Assembly (NCBI GenBank): GCA_001794215.1
Contig: MGJK01000011.1
Location: 3,170 to 67,169 of the forward strand
Length of the DNA stretch: 64,000 bases
Direction of reading: 5' to 3'
DNA from: Candidatus Yanofskybacteria bacterium RIFCSPHIGHO2_01_FULL_44_24
GTDB taxonomy: Bacteria > Patescibacteriota > Minisyncoccia > 2-02-FULL-40-12 > GWA2-44-9
The first letter of the stretch is position 1. Every line of letters starts with the position of its first letter. The position numbers and the translations under genes are program-made. A model generated the notes under the pieces. The model was not told where the DNA came from. It saw only the letters and a program-made list of their open reading frames with translations, and ran no database searches. Of this stretch, positions 8,863-17,073 are shown one piece after another.

Positions 8863-8872
8863 TTCCGCTTCG

Positions 8873-9178
8873 TCAAACCTCCGCTTCACATTTCTTGCAA
8901 ATTCTGGTCTTGTTTACACCTTCCACTTTGTAACCGACTCTCGTCGGCTTACCGCATGACTTACATATCAAAGCAACGCTAGATACGCTGATGGCCCTTT
9001 CTTTATTCACAATCTGTCCTTTCTGGCCTTGCTTGCGCGGTCGAAGATGTCTCTTTACCAAGTTTAATCCTTCGACAACCAAGGTGCCGCTCTCAGGAGA
9101 AACTAAAACAACCTTCCCCTTTTTCCCGCGGTCTTTACCGCCCAGCATTATTACATTGTCACCGCGTTTTAATTTCAT
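8873..9178 (-). CDS. rplX: 50S ribosomal protein L24 with C-terminal C4 zinc-ribbon extension
   Basis: KOW motif (GDNVIMLGGKDRGKKGKV) plus C-terminal CKSCGK...CKKCEAEV. Confidence 0.85.
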   Translation of the reverse strand: MKLKRGDNVIMLGGKDRGKKGKVVLVSPESGTLVVEGLNLVKRHLRPRKQGQKGQIVNKERAISVSSVALICKSCGKPTRVGYKVEGVNKTRICKKCEAEV

Positions 9179-9257
9179 TAAAACAGTTAAAAGTTCGTCA
9201 AGTTCTTAAAGTTTTTAAAGTACTTTATGAACTTTACAAACCTTATAAACTTTAAAC

Positions 9258-9623
9258 TCATACTACTTCTTCCGCTAATGATGCTATCGTAGCAAATCCC
9301 CTCTCTTTTATCTCTCTGGGTATGGGTCCGAATATTCTACCGCCCTTGGGCTCTTTGCCGTCTAATATGACCACCGCATTATCATCAAAACGGATATAAG
9401 TTCCGTCTTTTCTCCTGAAAGCCTTTCTCTGTCTTACTACAACCGCTCTTAGGACATCCTTCTTCTTAACCGCCTTTCTCGGCTCAGCCACTTTAACTGA
9501 AACGACTACAATGTCGCCAAGTTCGGCATACCTTCTCTTTGATCCTCCAAGCACCTTAAAGACCCCCACTTTCTTGGCTCCTGTATTATCTGCGACATTT
9601 ACTATTGAACGTAATTGCAGCAA
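9258..9623 (-). CDS. rplN: 50S ribosomal protein L14
   Basis: [18 protein letters not shown]... canonical L14. Confidence 0.95.
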   Translation of the reverse strand: MLQLRSIVNVADNTGAKKVGVFKVLGGSKRRYAELGDIVVVSVKVAEPRKAVKKKDVLRAVVVRQRKAFRRKDGTYIRFDDNAVVILDGKEPKGGRIFGPIPREIKERGFATIASLAEEVV

Positions 9624-9713
9624 TTCAACTTACAACTGACAACTTACAACTTACAACAATTCTAATTCTATATTCTTTGTCGTTAGTAGTTGGTCGTTAG
9701 TCGTTGGTTAATA

Positions 9714-9968
9714 TTATTCCGCCTTGCTGATTATCACCCATCTCTTATCCTTGGACATCGGCTTGGTCTCGCTCATAAAAACCTGATCGCCGGTATGATA
9801 AGTATTCTCGGGGTTATGAGCTTTGAATCTCCTTGAAACTTTAAAATACTTCTTGTACTTGGGGTGTTTTTTCAAACGCAAGACTTCCACAACGGCTGTC
9901 TTCTGCATCTTATCTGATACGACCGTCCCCTTAAGCACTCTCGGTTTTGAATTAGTATTTTGATCCAT
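9714..9968 (-). CDS. rpsQ: 30S ribosomal protein S17
   Basis: 84 aa. VLKGTVVSDKMQKTAVV... HNPENTYHTGDQV, an S17 OB-fold. Confidence 0.85.
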   Translation of the reverse strand: MDQNTNSKPRVLKGTVVSDKMQKTAVVEVLRLKKHPKYKKYFKVSRRFKAHNPENTYHTGDQVFMSETKPMSKDKRWVIISKAE

Positions 9969-9980
9969 TTAGATTTTTGA

Positions 9981-10187
9981 TTAAGATTTTAATTGCTTAA
10001 AAGCAGTTAAAATTCTGGCTATATCTTTTTTTGTCTTATTTACAACGCTGAAATCCTTAAGTTTTTTGTCGGCCAATTCGAACCTGAACTTCAAAAGCTT
10101 AGCTCTTAATTCATTCAACAACTTTGATAACTCTTCGCCTGTTTTTTGTTTTAATTCATCTGCTTTCATTATATGCTTAAAGCTCAA
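9981..10187 (-). CDS. rpmC: 50S ribosomal protein L29
   Basis: 68 aa helical protein (ELKQKTGEELSKLLNELRAKL) between rplP and rpsQ. Confidence 0.8.
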   Translation of the reverse strand: MSFKHIMKADELKQKTGEELSKLLNELRAKLLKFRFELADKKLKDFSVVNKTKKDIARILTAFKQLKS

Positions 10188-10247
10188 TGACTAATGTGAC
10201 TAAGGCTATAACCGATCTGGCTTTAGTCTTTAGACTTTTAGCCGTGG

Positions 10248-10652
10248 CTATCGTTTCACGATTCTTGTTTTTAGGGGCAATTTATGGGAACCCAACCGCA
10301 AAGCCTCTTTAGCGTCGGCCTCAGAAACGCCGTCGATCTCGAATATTATCTTACCAGCCTCAACCGGTACAATAAAGTGCGAAAGGCCTCCCTTGCCTCC
10401 ACCCATACCCACCTCGGCGCTCTTAGCGGTCCTGGGCTTATCCGGAAATACTCTGGTCCATATTTTACCGCCCCTTTGAACAAATCGAGCCATAACCTTT
10501 CTGGCGGATTCTAACTGATTGGCCTTAACCCAAGATGATTCCCCCGCTTTAAGACCAAACGTACCGAAGCTTAACTCAACGCCTCTTGTGGCGCGCGCTT
10601 TCAACTTGCCTCGATGCACCTTCGGATGTTGTATTCTGGCTGGCTGTAGCAT
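10248..10652 (-). CDS. rplP: 50S ribosomal protein L16
   Basis: 134 aa. MLQPARIQHPKVHRGKLKARATRGVELSFGTFGLKA. Confidence 0.95.
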   Translation of the reverse strand: MLQPARIQHPKVHRGKLKARATRGVELSFGTFGLKAGESSWVKANQLESARKVMARFVQRGGKIWTRVFPDKPRTAKSAEVGMGGGKGGLSHFIVPVEAGKIIFEIDGVSEADAKEALRLGSHKLPLKTRIVKR

Positions 10653-10768
10653 GGCTTCGCTAAATTAAAAGTTAAAAGTTAAAAATGAAAAATTCAGGAA
10701 ATTCAAAATTTTCCTTGGGGAAATTTTGAATAACATTAATTTTGATTTTTGATCTTTGCATTTTGATA
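10653..10768. repeat. A-type AT-rich intergenic repeat (rpsC-rplP spacer)
   Basis: Over 90% identical to the copies at 13410-13527 and 14630-14745. Contains the perfect palindrome CAAAATTTTCC-TTGG-GGAAATTTTG and ends with GCTTCGCTAAATT abutting the start codon. Confidence 0.75.
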
Positions 10769-11407
10769 TTACTTATCAAAGACTTCACCTTTATATATCC
10801 AAACCTTAACGCCTACCGTGCCATATGTAGTATGGGCGGTAGCTTTAGCAAAATCGATATTAGCCCTAAGCGTCTGCAGCGGTAAATTCCCCTCTTCAAG
10901 ATGCTCCGATCTTGCTATTTCTGAACCGTCAAGACGGCCGCCCATCTGAAGCTTGGCTCCCTTGGCTTGCTTATTAGACAATATCTTCGCAAGGGTCTGC
11001 TTAAGAATTCGCCGATAGGGAATCCTCTTCTCCACCTGGTCAACCATAGATTCGGCCATTATCTGAGCTGATAACTCTGGGCTTTTTATCTCTTGAATCT
11101 CTATCCTTACCGAAACTTTATCTTTAAGAAGTCGCTGAACGGCTTTTTTAATATCTTCCACTCCTCCACCGCCTCGTCCTATCAAAAGACCGGGCCTGGC
11201 AGTATGAATAATTATACTTAAGGCATCACTGCCCCTTTCAATCTCTATCTTATCAATACTCATGTTCCTGAGCTTTGATTCTAAAAAGGTTCGGACTTTC
11301 AAATCGTCTTTAAGATAAGGGACGTATTTTCGCCCACCAAACCATCGGGACAGCCAGTCCTTATTAATGCCGAGTCGTAATGATGTTGGTGATATTTTTT
11401 GTCCCAT
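10769..11407 (-). CDS. rpsC: 30S ribosomal protein S3
   Basis: 212 aa with KH domain and S3 C-terminal domain (MGQKISPTSLRLGINKDW). Confidence 0.95.
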   Translation of the reverse strand: MGQKISPTSLRLGINKDWLSRWFGGRKYVPYLKDDLKVRTFLESKLRNMSIDKIEIERGSDALSIIIHTARPGLLIGRGGGGVEDIKKAVQRLLKDKVSVRIEIQEIKSPELSAQIMAESMVDQVEKRIPYRRILKQTLAKILSNKQAKGAKLQMGGRLDGSEIARSEHLEEGNLPLQTLRANIDFAKATAHTTYGTVGVKVWIYKGEVFDK

Positions 11408-11529
11408 AATCGCTTCGCTAAATTTAAAATTTAAAAATCATAGTTAAAAATTATTGAAATTCAAAACTTTGTTAACAAAGTTTTGAGTAACCTGAATTTT
11501 ACATTTTGACATTTGCATTTTGATATTCT
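11408..11529. repeat. A-type AT-rich intergenic repeat, divergent copy (rplV-rpsC spacer)
   Basis: ATCGCTTCGCTAAATTTAAAA...CAAAACTTTGTTAACAAAGTTTTG...TTTGCATTTTGAT. Confidence 0.65.
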
Positions 11530-12036
11530 TTACACCGACTTTCTCTGAAATAATTTTCTACCCATATTAAATACTCCCTTCTTCGATCCTATTTCCCTTT
11601 TAATTTCGTGCTTTTTCTCTTCAGCGTGATGAGCCTCAGTACTCAATTCTTCTTTATGCTTAGCGTCCTGCTCCTTAGTTTTACTGCGCTTGAGACCGGG
11701 AACCCTCTCATCCAAAACTATCGTAACATGGCTTGTCTTTTTCTGGATCGGCTCAGCTCTTCCGAAGCCCTTGGCTCTGAATCGTTTCAACTTTATACCT
11801 TCATTAACAAAGAATTTCTTAACGTAAAGATTATCTCTTACCATCCCGAAACTGTTCTCGGCATTAGCAATAGCGGAGTTAAGAAGTTTTCTAAGATTAT
11901 CGGCCGGTTTCCTAATGAATACCTCGAGCTGATTCAGGGCGTCAACGGCACTCTTTCCTTTGACCAAATTAACCACCGCCCTGACTTTTCTGGGCGCTAT
12001 CCTTAATCTGTTTAATTTTGCGGTGACTTCGGTCAT
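11530..12036 (-). CDS. rplV: 50S ribosomal protein L22 with about 55-aa basic/acidic C-terminal extension
   Basis: L22 core (RIAPRKVRAVVNLVKGKSAVDALNQLE) followed by a Lys/Glu-rich tail. Confidence 0.85.
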   Translation of the reverse strand: MTEVTAKLNRLRIAPRKVRAVVNLVKGKSAVDALNQLEVFIRKPADNLRKLLNSAIANAENSFGMVRDNLYVKKFFVNEGIKLKRFRAKGFGRAEPIQKKTSHVTIVLDERVPGLKRSKTKEQDAKHKEELSTEAHHAEEKKHEIKREIGSKKGVFNMGRKLFQRKSV

Positions 12037-12125
12037 AAATAAACTATCACTTAATCAAGGAACAATGAACATACAGCCCCCCTAATCAATTGTTTTTATG
12101 TTCAAATGTTTCCTGTTTGTATGTT

Positions 12126-12482
12126 TTACTTTTTCGGCGCCGCTGCCTCCGCCGCCGGCGCCGCTTTAGCCGCCTGGGCCGTTTCTATCTCTTTTTGCTT
12201 CTGGGCGGCCTCAAGCTCTCTTTGCATTCTTCCTCCATGCCTTAAGAATTTACGGGTATGGGAAAACTCTCCAAGCTTATGTCCGACCATATCTTCGGTG
12301 ATTAATACCGGGATATGAAATCTCCCGTTGTGCACGCCGAACGTATAGCCTATCATTTCAGGAACGATTGTACAGGCTCTGGACCAGGTCTTAATAACCG
12401 TTTTATCTCCGGCTCTAAGCTTGCTTATCTTCTTAAGCAATTTCTCATCAACGTATGGCCCTTTTTTGAGTGATCGTGACAA
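12126..12482 (-). CDS. rpsS: 30S ribosomal protein S19 with Ala-rich C-terminal extension
   Basis: [19 protein letters not shown]...HNGRFHIPV, a canonical S19, plus [18 protein letters not shown] tail. Confidence 0.9.
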   Translation of the reverse strand: MSRSLKKGPYVDEKLLKKISKLRAGDKTVIKTWSRACTIVPEMIGYTFGVHNGRFHIPVLITEDMVGHKLGEFSHTRKFLRHGGRMQRELEAAQKQKEIETAQAAKAAPAAEAAAPKK

Positions 12483-12584
12483 CTCGGTTTATAAAGTTTG
12501 TAAAGTTATAAAGTTTATAAAGTTTTGTAAATCTGAACTTTTACCTCTCACTTTATGAACGTTATGAACTTGATGAACTTTTAA
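12483..12584. repeat. B-type AT-rich repeat with 9-10 bp periodic AAGTTTATAA units (rplB-rpsS spacer)
   Basis: GTTTATAAAGTTTGTAAAGTTATAAAGTTTATAAAG... Related copies at 4718-4820, 9179-9257, 21970-22050 and 37886-37986. Confidence 0.65.
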
Positions 12585-13409
12585 CTATTTAATCCGTCTT
12601 CGTATAATGAACTTATTCGACTTATTCTTCCTGTTTCTGGTTTTTACTCCACCCGTTATTCTGCCCTGAGCGGTCTTCGGTCTTCTAGTTCCCCTACCCT
12701 GTCTTCCTTCACCGCCTCCATAAGGATGATCTACCGGATTCATCGCCGTACCCCTAACCTTCGGTCTTATACCGAGCCAGCGCGACCTCCCGGCTTTTCC
12801 TGAAACAACGGAACTGTGCTCCATATTTGAAACATTGCCTATCGATGCGTAGCATTCCTCCGAAATCATTCTTGTTTCTGAAGAAGGCATGACCAATTGA
12901 ACATATCCTCCTTCGCTTGCCAAAACCGTAGCGCCGTTCCCGGCCGATCTCACCATTTTCCCGCCGCTACCAGGAAATGGTTCTATATTATGAACTATAG
13001 AGCCTTGGGGAATATTTTTGAGCTTCATCCTATTCCCGGGCTTAAGCGGTGCTTTTTCAGATGTAATGATTTTATCTCCCGGTTTAAGATCCTGGGGTGC
13101 AATGATGTATCTCTTTTCGCCATCGGCGAAGTGAAGACGGGCAATTCGGGCATTTCTGTTTGGATCATATTCTAAGGAAAAAACGGTAGCCGGAATATTA
13201 AATTTATCCTGCTTGAAATCAACGAGACGATATTGTTTCTTGGCTCCTCCGCCACGATGACCGGCGGTAATTCTTCCCTGGTTATTCCTTCCCCCGGTTC
13301 TTTTAAGATGCTCCTTCAAAAACCTTAAAGGCTCAGTCTTGGTTAATTGAGAAAAGTCCGGTCCTATCATGTGTCGCCTTGAAGGCGTTGTCGGCTTGTA
13401 ATACTTCAT
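12585..13409 (-). CDS. rplB: 50S ribosomal protein L2
   Basis: 274 aa. GRNNQGRITAGHRGGG ... HPYGGGEGR motifs. Confidence 0.95.
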   Translation of the reverse strand: MKYYKPTTPSRRHMIGPDFSQLTKTEPLRFLKEHLKRTGGRNNQGRITAGHRGGGAKKQYRLVDFKQDKFNIPATVFSLEYDPNRNARIARLHFADGEKRYIIAPQDLKPGDKIITSEKAPLKPGNRMKLKNIPQGSIVHNIEPFPGSGGKMVRSAGNGATVLASEGGYVQLVMPSSETRMISEECYASIGNVSNMEHSSVVSGKAGRSRWLGIRPKVRGTAMNPVDHPYGGGEGRQGRGTRRPKTAQGRITGGVKTRNRKNKSNKFIIRRRIK

Positions 13410-13527
13410 CGCTTCGCTGAATTAAAAATTAAAAGTTAAAAATGAAAAATTCAGGAAATTCAAAATTTTCTTTGGGGAAATTTTGAATAACATTAATTTT
13501 GATTTTTGATATTTGCATTTTGATCTT
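13410..13527. repeat. A-type AT-rich intergenic repeat (rplW-rplB spacer)
   Basis: Near-identical to 10653-10768 and 14630-14745. Confidence 0.75.
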
Positions 13528-13926
13528 TTAGGCCTTTGCCTGTTCTATTGTATAACCCTTTTTTAAAACTACGATTGCTTTCTTAAATCCTGATCTGAAT
13601 CCCGGATGCCTGCCCAAATCTTTTCGTTTCTGGGGCATATTTAAAATCTTAACGTCCTTCACCTTAACATTGAATAATTTTTCAACCTTTTCTCTGATCT
13701 GGGTTTTATTCGCATCAGGAAAAACTTTGAAAATATACTGATTATACGGAGCAATCAATGCCGATTTCTCGCTTATATAAATACTCTTGATAACACGGTA
13801 AGCATCGGAGTTGTCGGCTGAAATATGATCCGATAAGCTTCCCCCGGATGCAGATTCTTCCTGATTTTTTAATTCAGTTTCCTCGGATTGATCCTTTTTG
13901 GGTTTTTTGCTGAATAAGGCGGACAT
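13528..13926 (-). CDS. rplW: 50S ribosomal protein L23 with N-terminal extension
   Basis: L23 core (VIKSIYISEKS...FKV) preceded by a roughly 40-aa acidic/Ser-rich extension. Confidence 0.8.
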   Translation of the reverse strand: MSALFSKKPKKDQSEETELKNQEESASGGSLSDHISADNSDAYRVIKSIYISEKSALIAPYNQYIFKVFPDANKTQIREKVEKLFNVKVKDVKILNMPQKRKDLGRHPGFRSGFKKAIVVLKKGYTIEQAKA

Positions 13927-13993
13927 TTGTCTATGGCTTCAGGTCTAAGGCTTAAAGCAATGGGGCTTTAGTCTTTAGACTTTTAGCTATTAG

Positions 13994-14629
13994 CTATTTA
14001 CTAAAGTATGTCAATGAATCTTTCGTCATTAAAAGATATCTGCTGCCAAGAACGGCGGCTGCATTCAAATTCCTTGCCTCATAAACATCGGTTCGGGGAA
14101 TATTCCTTGAGGCTATCTTAATATCATTTTTGCTGTCGCTTGGAACAACTATCATCATGGATTGGTTCTTTTTTTCGACAAACAAATTTAAAACTGCCCT
14201 GGTAACCGCCGCCATTTCTCTTGTCTTCCTGTTCTCAAGCTTAATATCATCCAAAACTATAATCTGGCCGTCTCGAGCTTTAGCTGACAACGCAGTAAAC
14301 AAAGCTTTTTTGGCCATTTTCTTATTTATTTTTTTCTTAAAAATCCTCTCTTTAGTCGGACCGCCGGTAACTCCTCCGCCCTTCCAGATCGGAGATCGTA
14401 TAGAACCGTGACGGGCCCTACCGGTTCCTTTCTGTCTCCAGGGCTTCTTTCCACCGCCACGCACCTCTCCCCTTCCTTTGGTATGGGCGATCGTCTGTCT
14501 TTGGTTGGCTATCTGAGAAGTTACAACCTGATGCAGTAAATCTTTATTCATCTCCAAATTAAAAACCTGATCTACGAGATCAATCTGTCCGACTTTCTCT
14601 GCTTTTTGATTATACAGCGGCAATTTCAT
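13994..14629 (-). CDS. rplD: 50S ribosomal protein L4
   Basis: 211 aa. KGRGEVRGGGKKPWRQKGTGRARHGS, a canonical L4. Confidence 0.95.
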   Translation of the reverse strand: MKLPLYNQKAEKVGQIDLVDQVFNLEMNKDLLHQVVTSQIANQRQTIAHTKGRGEVRGGGKKPWRQKGTGRARHGSIRSPIWKGGGVTGGPTKERIFKKKINKKMAKKALFTALSAKARDGQIIVLDDIKLENRKTREMAAVTRAVLNLFVEKKNQSMMIVVPSDSKNDIKIASRNIPRTDVYEARNLNAAAVLGSRYLLMTKDSLTYFSK

Positions 14630-14745
14630 CGCTTCGCTAAATTAAAAATTAAAAGTTAAAAATGAAAAATTCAGGAAATTCAAAATTTTCCTTGGGAAAA
14701 TTTTGAATTTCATTAATTTTGATTTTTGATCTTTGCATTTTGATC
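14630..14745. repeat. A-type AT-rich intergenic repeat (rplC-rplD spacer)
   Basis: Near-identical to 10653-10768 and 13410-13527. Confidence 0.75.
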
Positions 14746-15354
14746 TTATTGTGTTTGGACCATAACTACTCCCCCATTATTACCGGGAACCGCTCCCTTT
14801 ACCGCTAAAAGTCCTTTTTCCTCATCTATCGCCACAACTCGAAGACCTCTGACGGTAAATTTATCATTTCCCATCCTACCGGGCATCCTCATACCTTTTA
14901 AAGTATGCTGAGGAAATCTTTGTCCGATTGAACCGGCATGACGCATTACAGAATGATGGCCGTGACTGGCAGGCATACCGGAGAATCCATGTCTTTTTAC
15001 CACGCCCTGAAAACCTTTTCCTTTAGTCATCCCCGTAACCTTCACCAAATCGCCGACGGCGAAGAGAGAAACATTGAGCTTATCTCCGCGCTTTAGCTCT
15101 CCGGGAGTAGTTCTGAATTCTTTTAAGACTTTGAAAGTTCCCAAGTCCTTGGTATGTCCTTTCTGAGCCTTGGTCACGTTTTTTTCCTTTCTTTTTCCGA
15201 ATCCAACCTGAACACCTTCGTATTTATCTTTTTCCTTCGTTCTAATCTGAACCACAGTATTCGTTTCCGCCTCAATAACCGTCACCGGAGTGACGTCACC
15301 TTTATCATCATATATCTGGGACATGCCCATTTTTTTACCTAATATGAACTTCAT
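14746..15354 (-). CDS. rplC: 50S ribosomal protein L3
   Basis: 202 aa. GMTKGKGFQGVVKRHGF... canonical L3. Confidence 0.95.
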   Translation of the reverse strand: MKFILGKKMGMSQIYDDKGDVTPVTVIEAETNTVVQIRTKEKDKYEGVQVGFGKRKEKNVTKAQKGHTKDLGTFKVLKEFRTTPGELKRGDKLNVSLFAVGDLVKVTGMTKGKGFQGVVKRHGFSGMPASHGHHSVMRHAGSIGQRFPQHTLKGMRMPGRMGNDKFTVRGLRVVAIDEEKGLLAVKGAVPGNNGGVVMVQTQ

Positions 15355-15363
15355 AGCTAAAAC

Positions 15364-15627
15364 TTATAATCCTCTTTCTAAAATACTATTGTAAATCTTT
15401 AATAACTCTTCTTTATCATCCGATCTTTCTATTAATTCATGAACTACTTGAATAGTCCTGCTTGGAACCATAAAAACTCCTCTTCCAAAACTCCGTATAG
15501 CGCTCCTTTCTTCATCATTAACGGCTAAATCCGACAGCCTTTTAGTCAGCTTGTCTCTTTCGGACTTTGTTTTATCTACTAGTTCTCTTTCCATTTTCCA
15601 CAAAAAACACCGGACTAGCCGGTGCAA
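15364..15627 (-). CDS. hypothetical small protein inserted between rpsJ and rplC (probably 76 aa from MERELV)
   Basis: ORF ends 10 nt before the rplC start. No recognisable family. Charged helical N-terminus, GRGVFMVPSRTIQVVHELIE core. Confidence 0.4.
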   Translation of the reverse strand: MHRLVRCFLWKMERELVDKTKSERDKLTKRLSDLAVNDEERSAIRSFGRGVFMVPSRTIQVVHELIERSDDKEELLKIYNSILERGL

Positions 15628-15840
15628 CCTAAGCTAATCTTAACAACTTATCTATTAAATGGTTCTATATTGATTTAAAACCAATCTTGATTATTTAAGG
15701 CATCATACCAATAATGAATTTTTAGTAAACCACTGGGCGCGGGAGGATTCCTCCTCCGGCCTTTCGTGGATAAATTCTACTATCGATTACTACCTTATTC
15801 TCTCGTCCCGTTCTTTGAGGCGAGAAGTAAGGGAATAATT

Positions 15841-16185
15841 TTAAAGTCTTTCTTTCAATTTTCCCAGCTTGTACTCAATGGTGTCCAAGGCGTCACGTTG
15901 TTCCAAGAATCTGTCCTGCAAATCGGTTCCCAGAACTTCCTCAGCCTTTAAATCGTTTAAGATCCTACTAATGCTATCCAAGGTCTCTGTCATTTGGCCT
16001 ATAACTTTTTCCGTATCAGTTTGTCCTTCAATTTTTGGTTCTTGGGGTTCTGAGGTTTTATCCGGAATATCTTCCCCTAAATTTCTCACTCTCAATTCTT
16101 CTTCATGCTGTTCAACTGATTCTTCGGGAGTATTTGGTTTTTTAAATTCTTTTGACATATCATTACTTATTGATTTTATACTCAT
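15841..16185 (-). CDS. hypothetical acidic coiled-coil protein (114 aa) inserted in the S10 operon
   Basis: Glu/Asp-rich, predicted helical (LNDLKAEEVLGTDLQDRFLEQRDALDTIEYKLGKLKERL). No family recognised. Confidence 0.4.
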   Translation of the reverse strand: MSIKSISNDMSKEFKKPNTPEESVEQHEEELRVRNLGEDIPDKTSEPQEPKIEGQTDTEKVIGQMTETLDSISRILNDLKAEEVLGTDLQDRFLEQRDALDTIEYKLGKLKERL

Positions 16186-16209
16186 GCCGCCCCAGCACCA
16201 ATCTTTTCT

Positions 16210-16377
16210 TTACTTGTTTTCTTTCAGTTTTTCTGTGTCGCCAAACAATTCATGTCTTGACGTTTTGTGAGGACCTCCGCATGTATCACACACAGGATTT
16301 GTTTTCATTTCTTCTCTTAATTCTTCCTCGGTCTCTGTTTCGGTGGGGTGCTTTTGTTTTGGTTCTTGGAGTTCCAT
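16210..16377 (-). CDS. hypothetical 55-aa ORF with CxxC motif (below the ORF-track length cut-off)
   Basis: Hand-translated as MELQEPKQKHPTETETEEELREEMKTNPVCDTCGGPHKTSRHELFGDTEKLKENK. Its stop lies 25 nt upstream of the start of the 114-aa ORF. Not in the ORF track. Confidence 0.25.
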   Translation of the reverse strand: MELQEPKQKHPTETETEEELREEMKTNPVCDTCGGPHKTSRHELFGDTEKLKENK

Positions 16378-16399
16378 GTTATTTATCCACGAATCCCGG

Positions 16400-16499
16400 C
16401 CCCATCTGGAGCGACACTCGTAATATTACTTGGTTTATTTTGCAAAACGCCTTCGGCTCTATCTGGTCTTTACTGTCATTCTTGCCCAGATGGAGCGGG
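16400..16499. ncRNA. X-family structured element copy 3, in the insertion between rpsJ and rplC
   Basis: CCCCAUCUGGAG ... ACGCCUUCGGCUCU ... GCCCAGAUGGAGCGGGA. Confidence 0.5.
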
Positions 16500-16554
16500 A
16501 TAAATTCCGGCAACCAATCGTCCTTCGCTACTGCTCGGACTCTTGGGCCGTCAT

Positions 16555-16908
16555 TTACATCTTTACCTCTATATCAACTCCGGCCGGTAAGTTTAAATTC
16601 ATTAAAGAATCGATTATTTTGGGTGTCGGCGCAGGAACATCAATTATTCTCTTATGGGTTCGCATTTCAAACTGCTCTCGTGAATTCTTATCAATGAAGG
16701 ACGAGCGATTTACGGTGTATTTATTTATTTCCGTAGGCAAGGGAACTGGTCCGGTCGGCTTACCGCCGTTTCTCTCTATCGTCTCGACAATCTGCTGAGC
16801 TGACTTATCGATAATTTTATTATCATAAGCCCGCAGTTTGATGCGTATTCTTTGACTAACCTCTTTTTCTTTTTCTTTTTTCGCCATACCCAGTATATCA
16901 ACTTCCAA
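16555..16908 (-). CDS. rpsJ: 30S ribosomal protein S10 (with short N-terminal extension)
   Basis: [39 protein letters not shown], a canonical S10. Confidence 0.9.
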   Translation of the reverse strand: MEVDILGMAKKEKEKEVSQRIRIKLRAYDNKIIDKSAQQIVETIERNGGKPTGPVPLPTEINKYTVNRSSFIDKNSREQFEMRTHKRIIDVPAPTPKIIDSLMNLNLPAGVDIEVKM

Positions 16909-17073
16909 TTGCCCTTAGGTTTCTTTTGGAAACCAAGTAATTGAAAACTAAATTAGTTAACATTTTATATACGTTATATTGCTTGCTATCGGCTGGAAAC
17001 CATTTGGAAGTTGTATGACTGGGCATATTCCTAAAGAACTACTCGAGCCCCGCTATAGCGGGGCTCGGTTTAT

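Noticed and set aside
7005-14745. Could the regularly spaced AT-rich intergenic repeats be a CRISPR array?
   Set aside because: The repeats are 100-120 bp modules separated by full-length conserved r-protein genes, not 25-40 bp repeats with short spacers. No cas genes are present.
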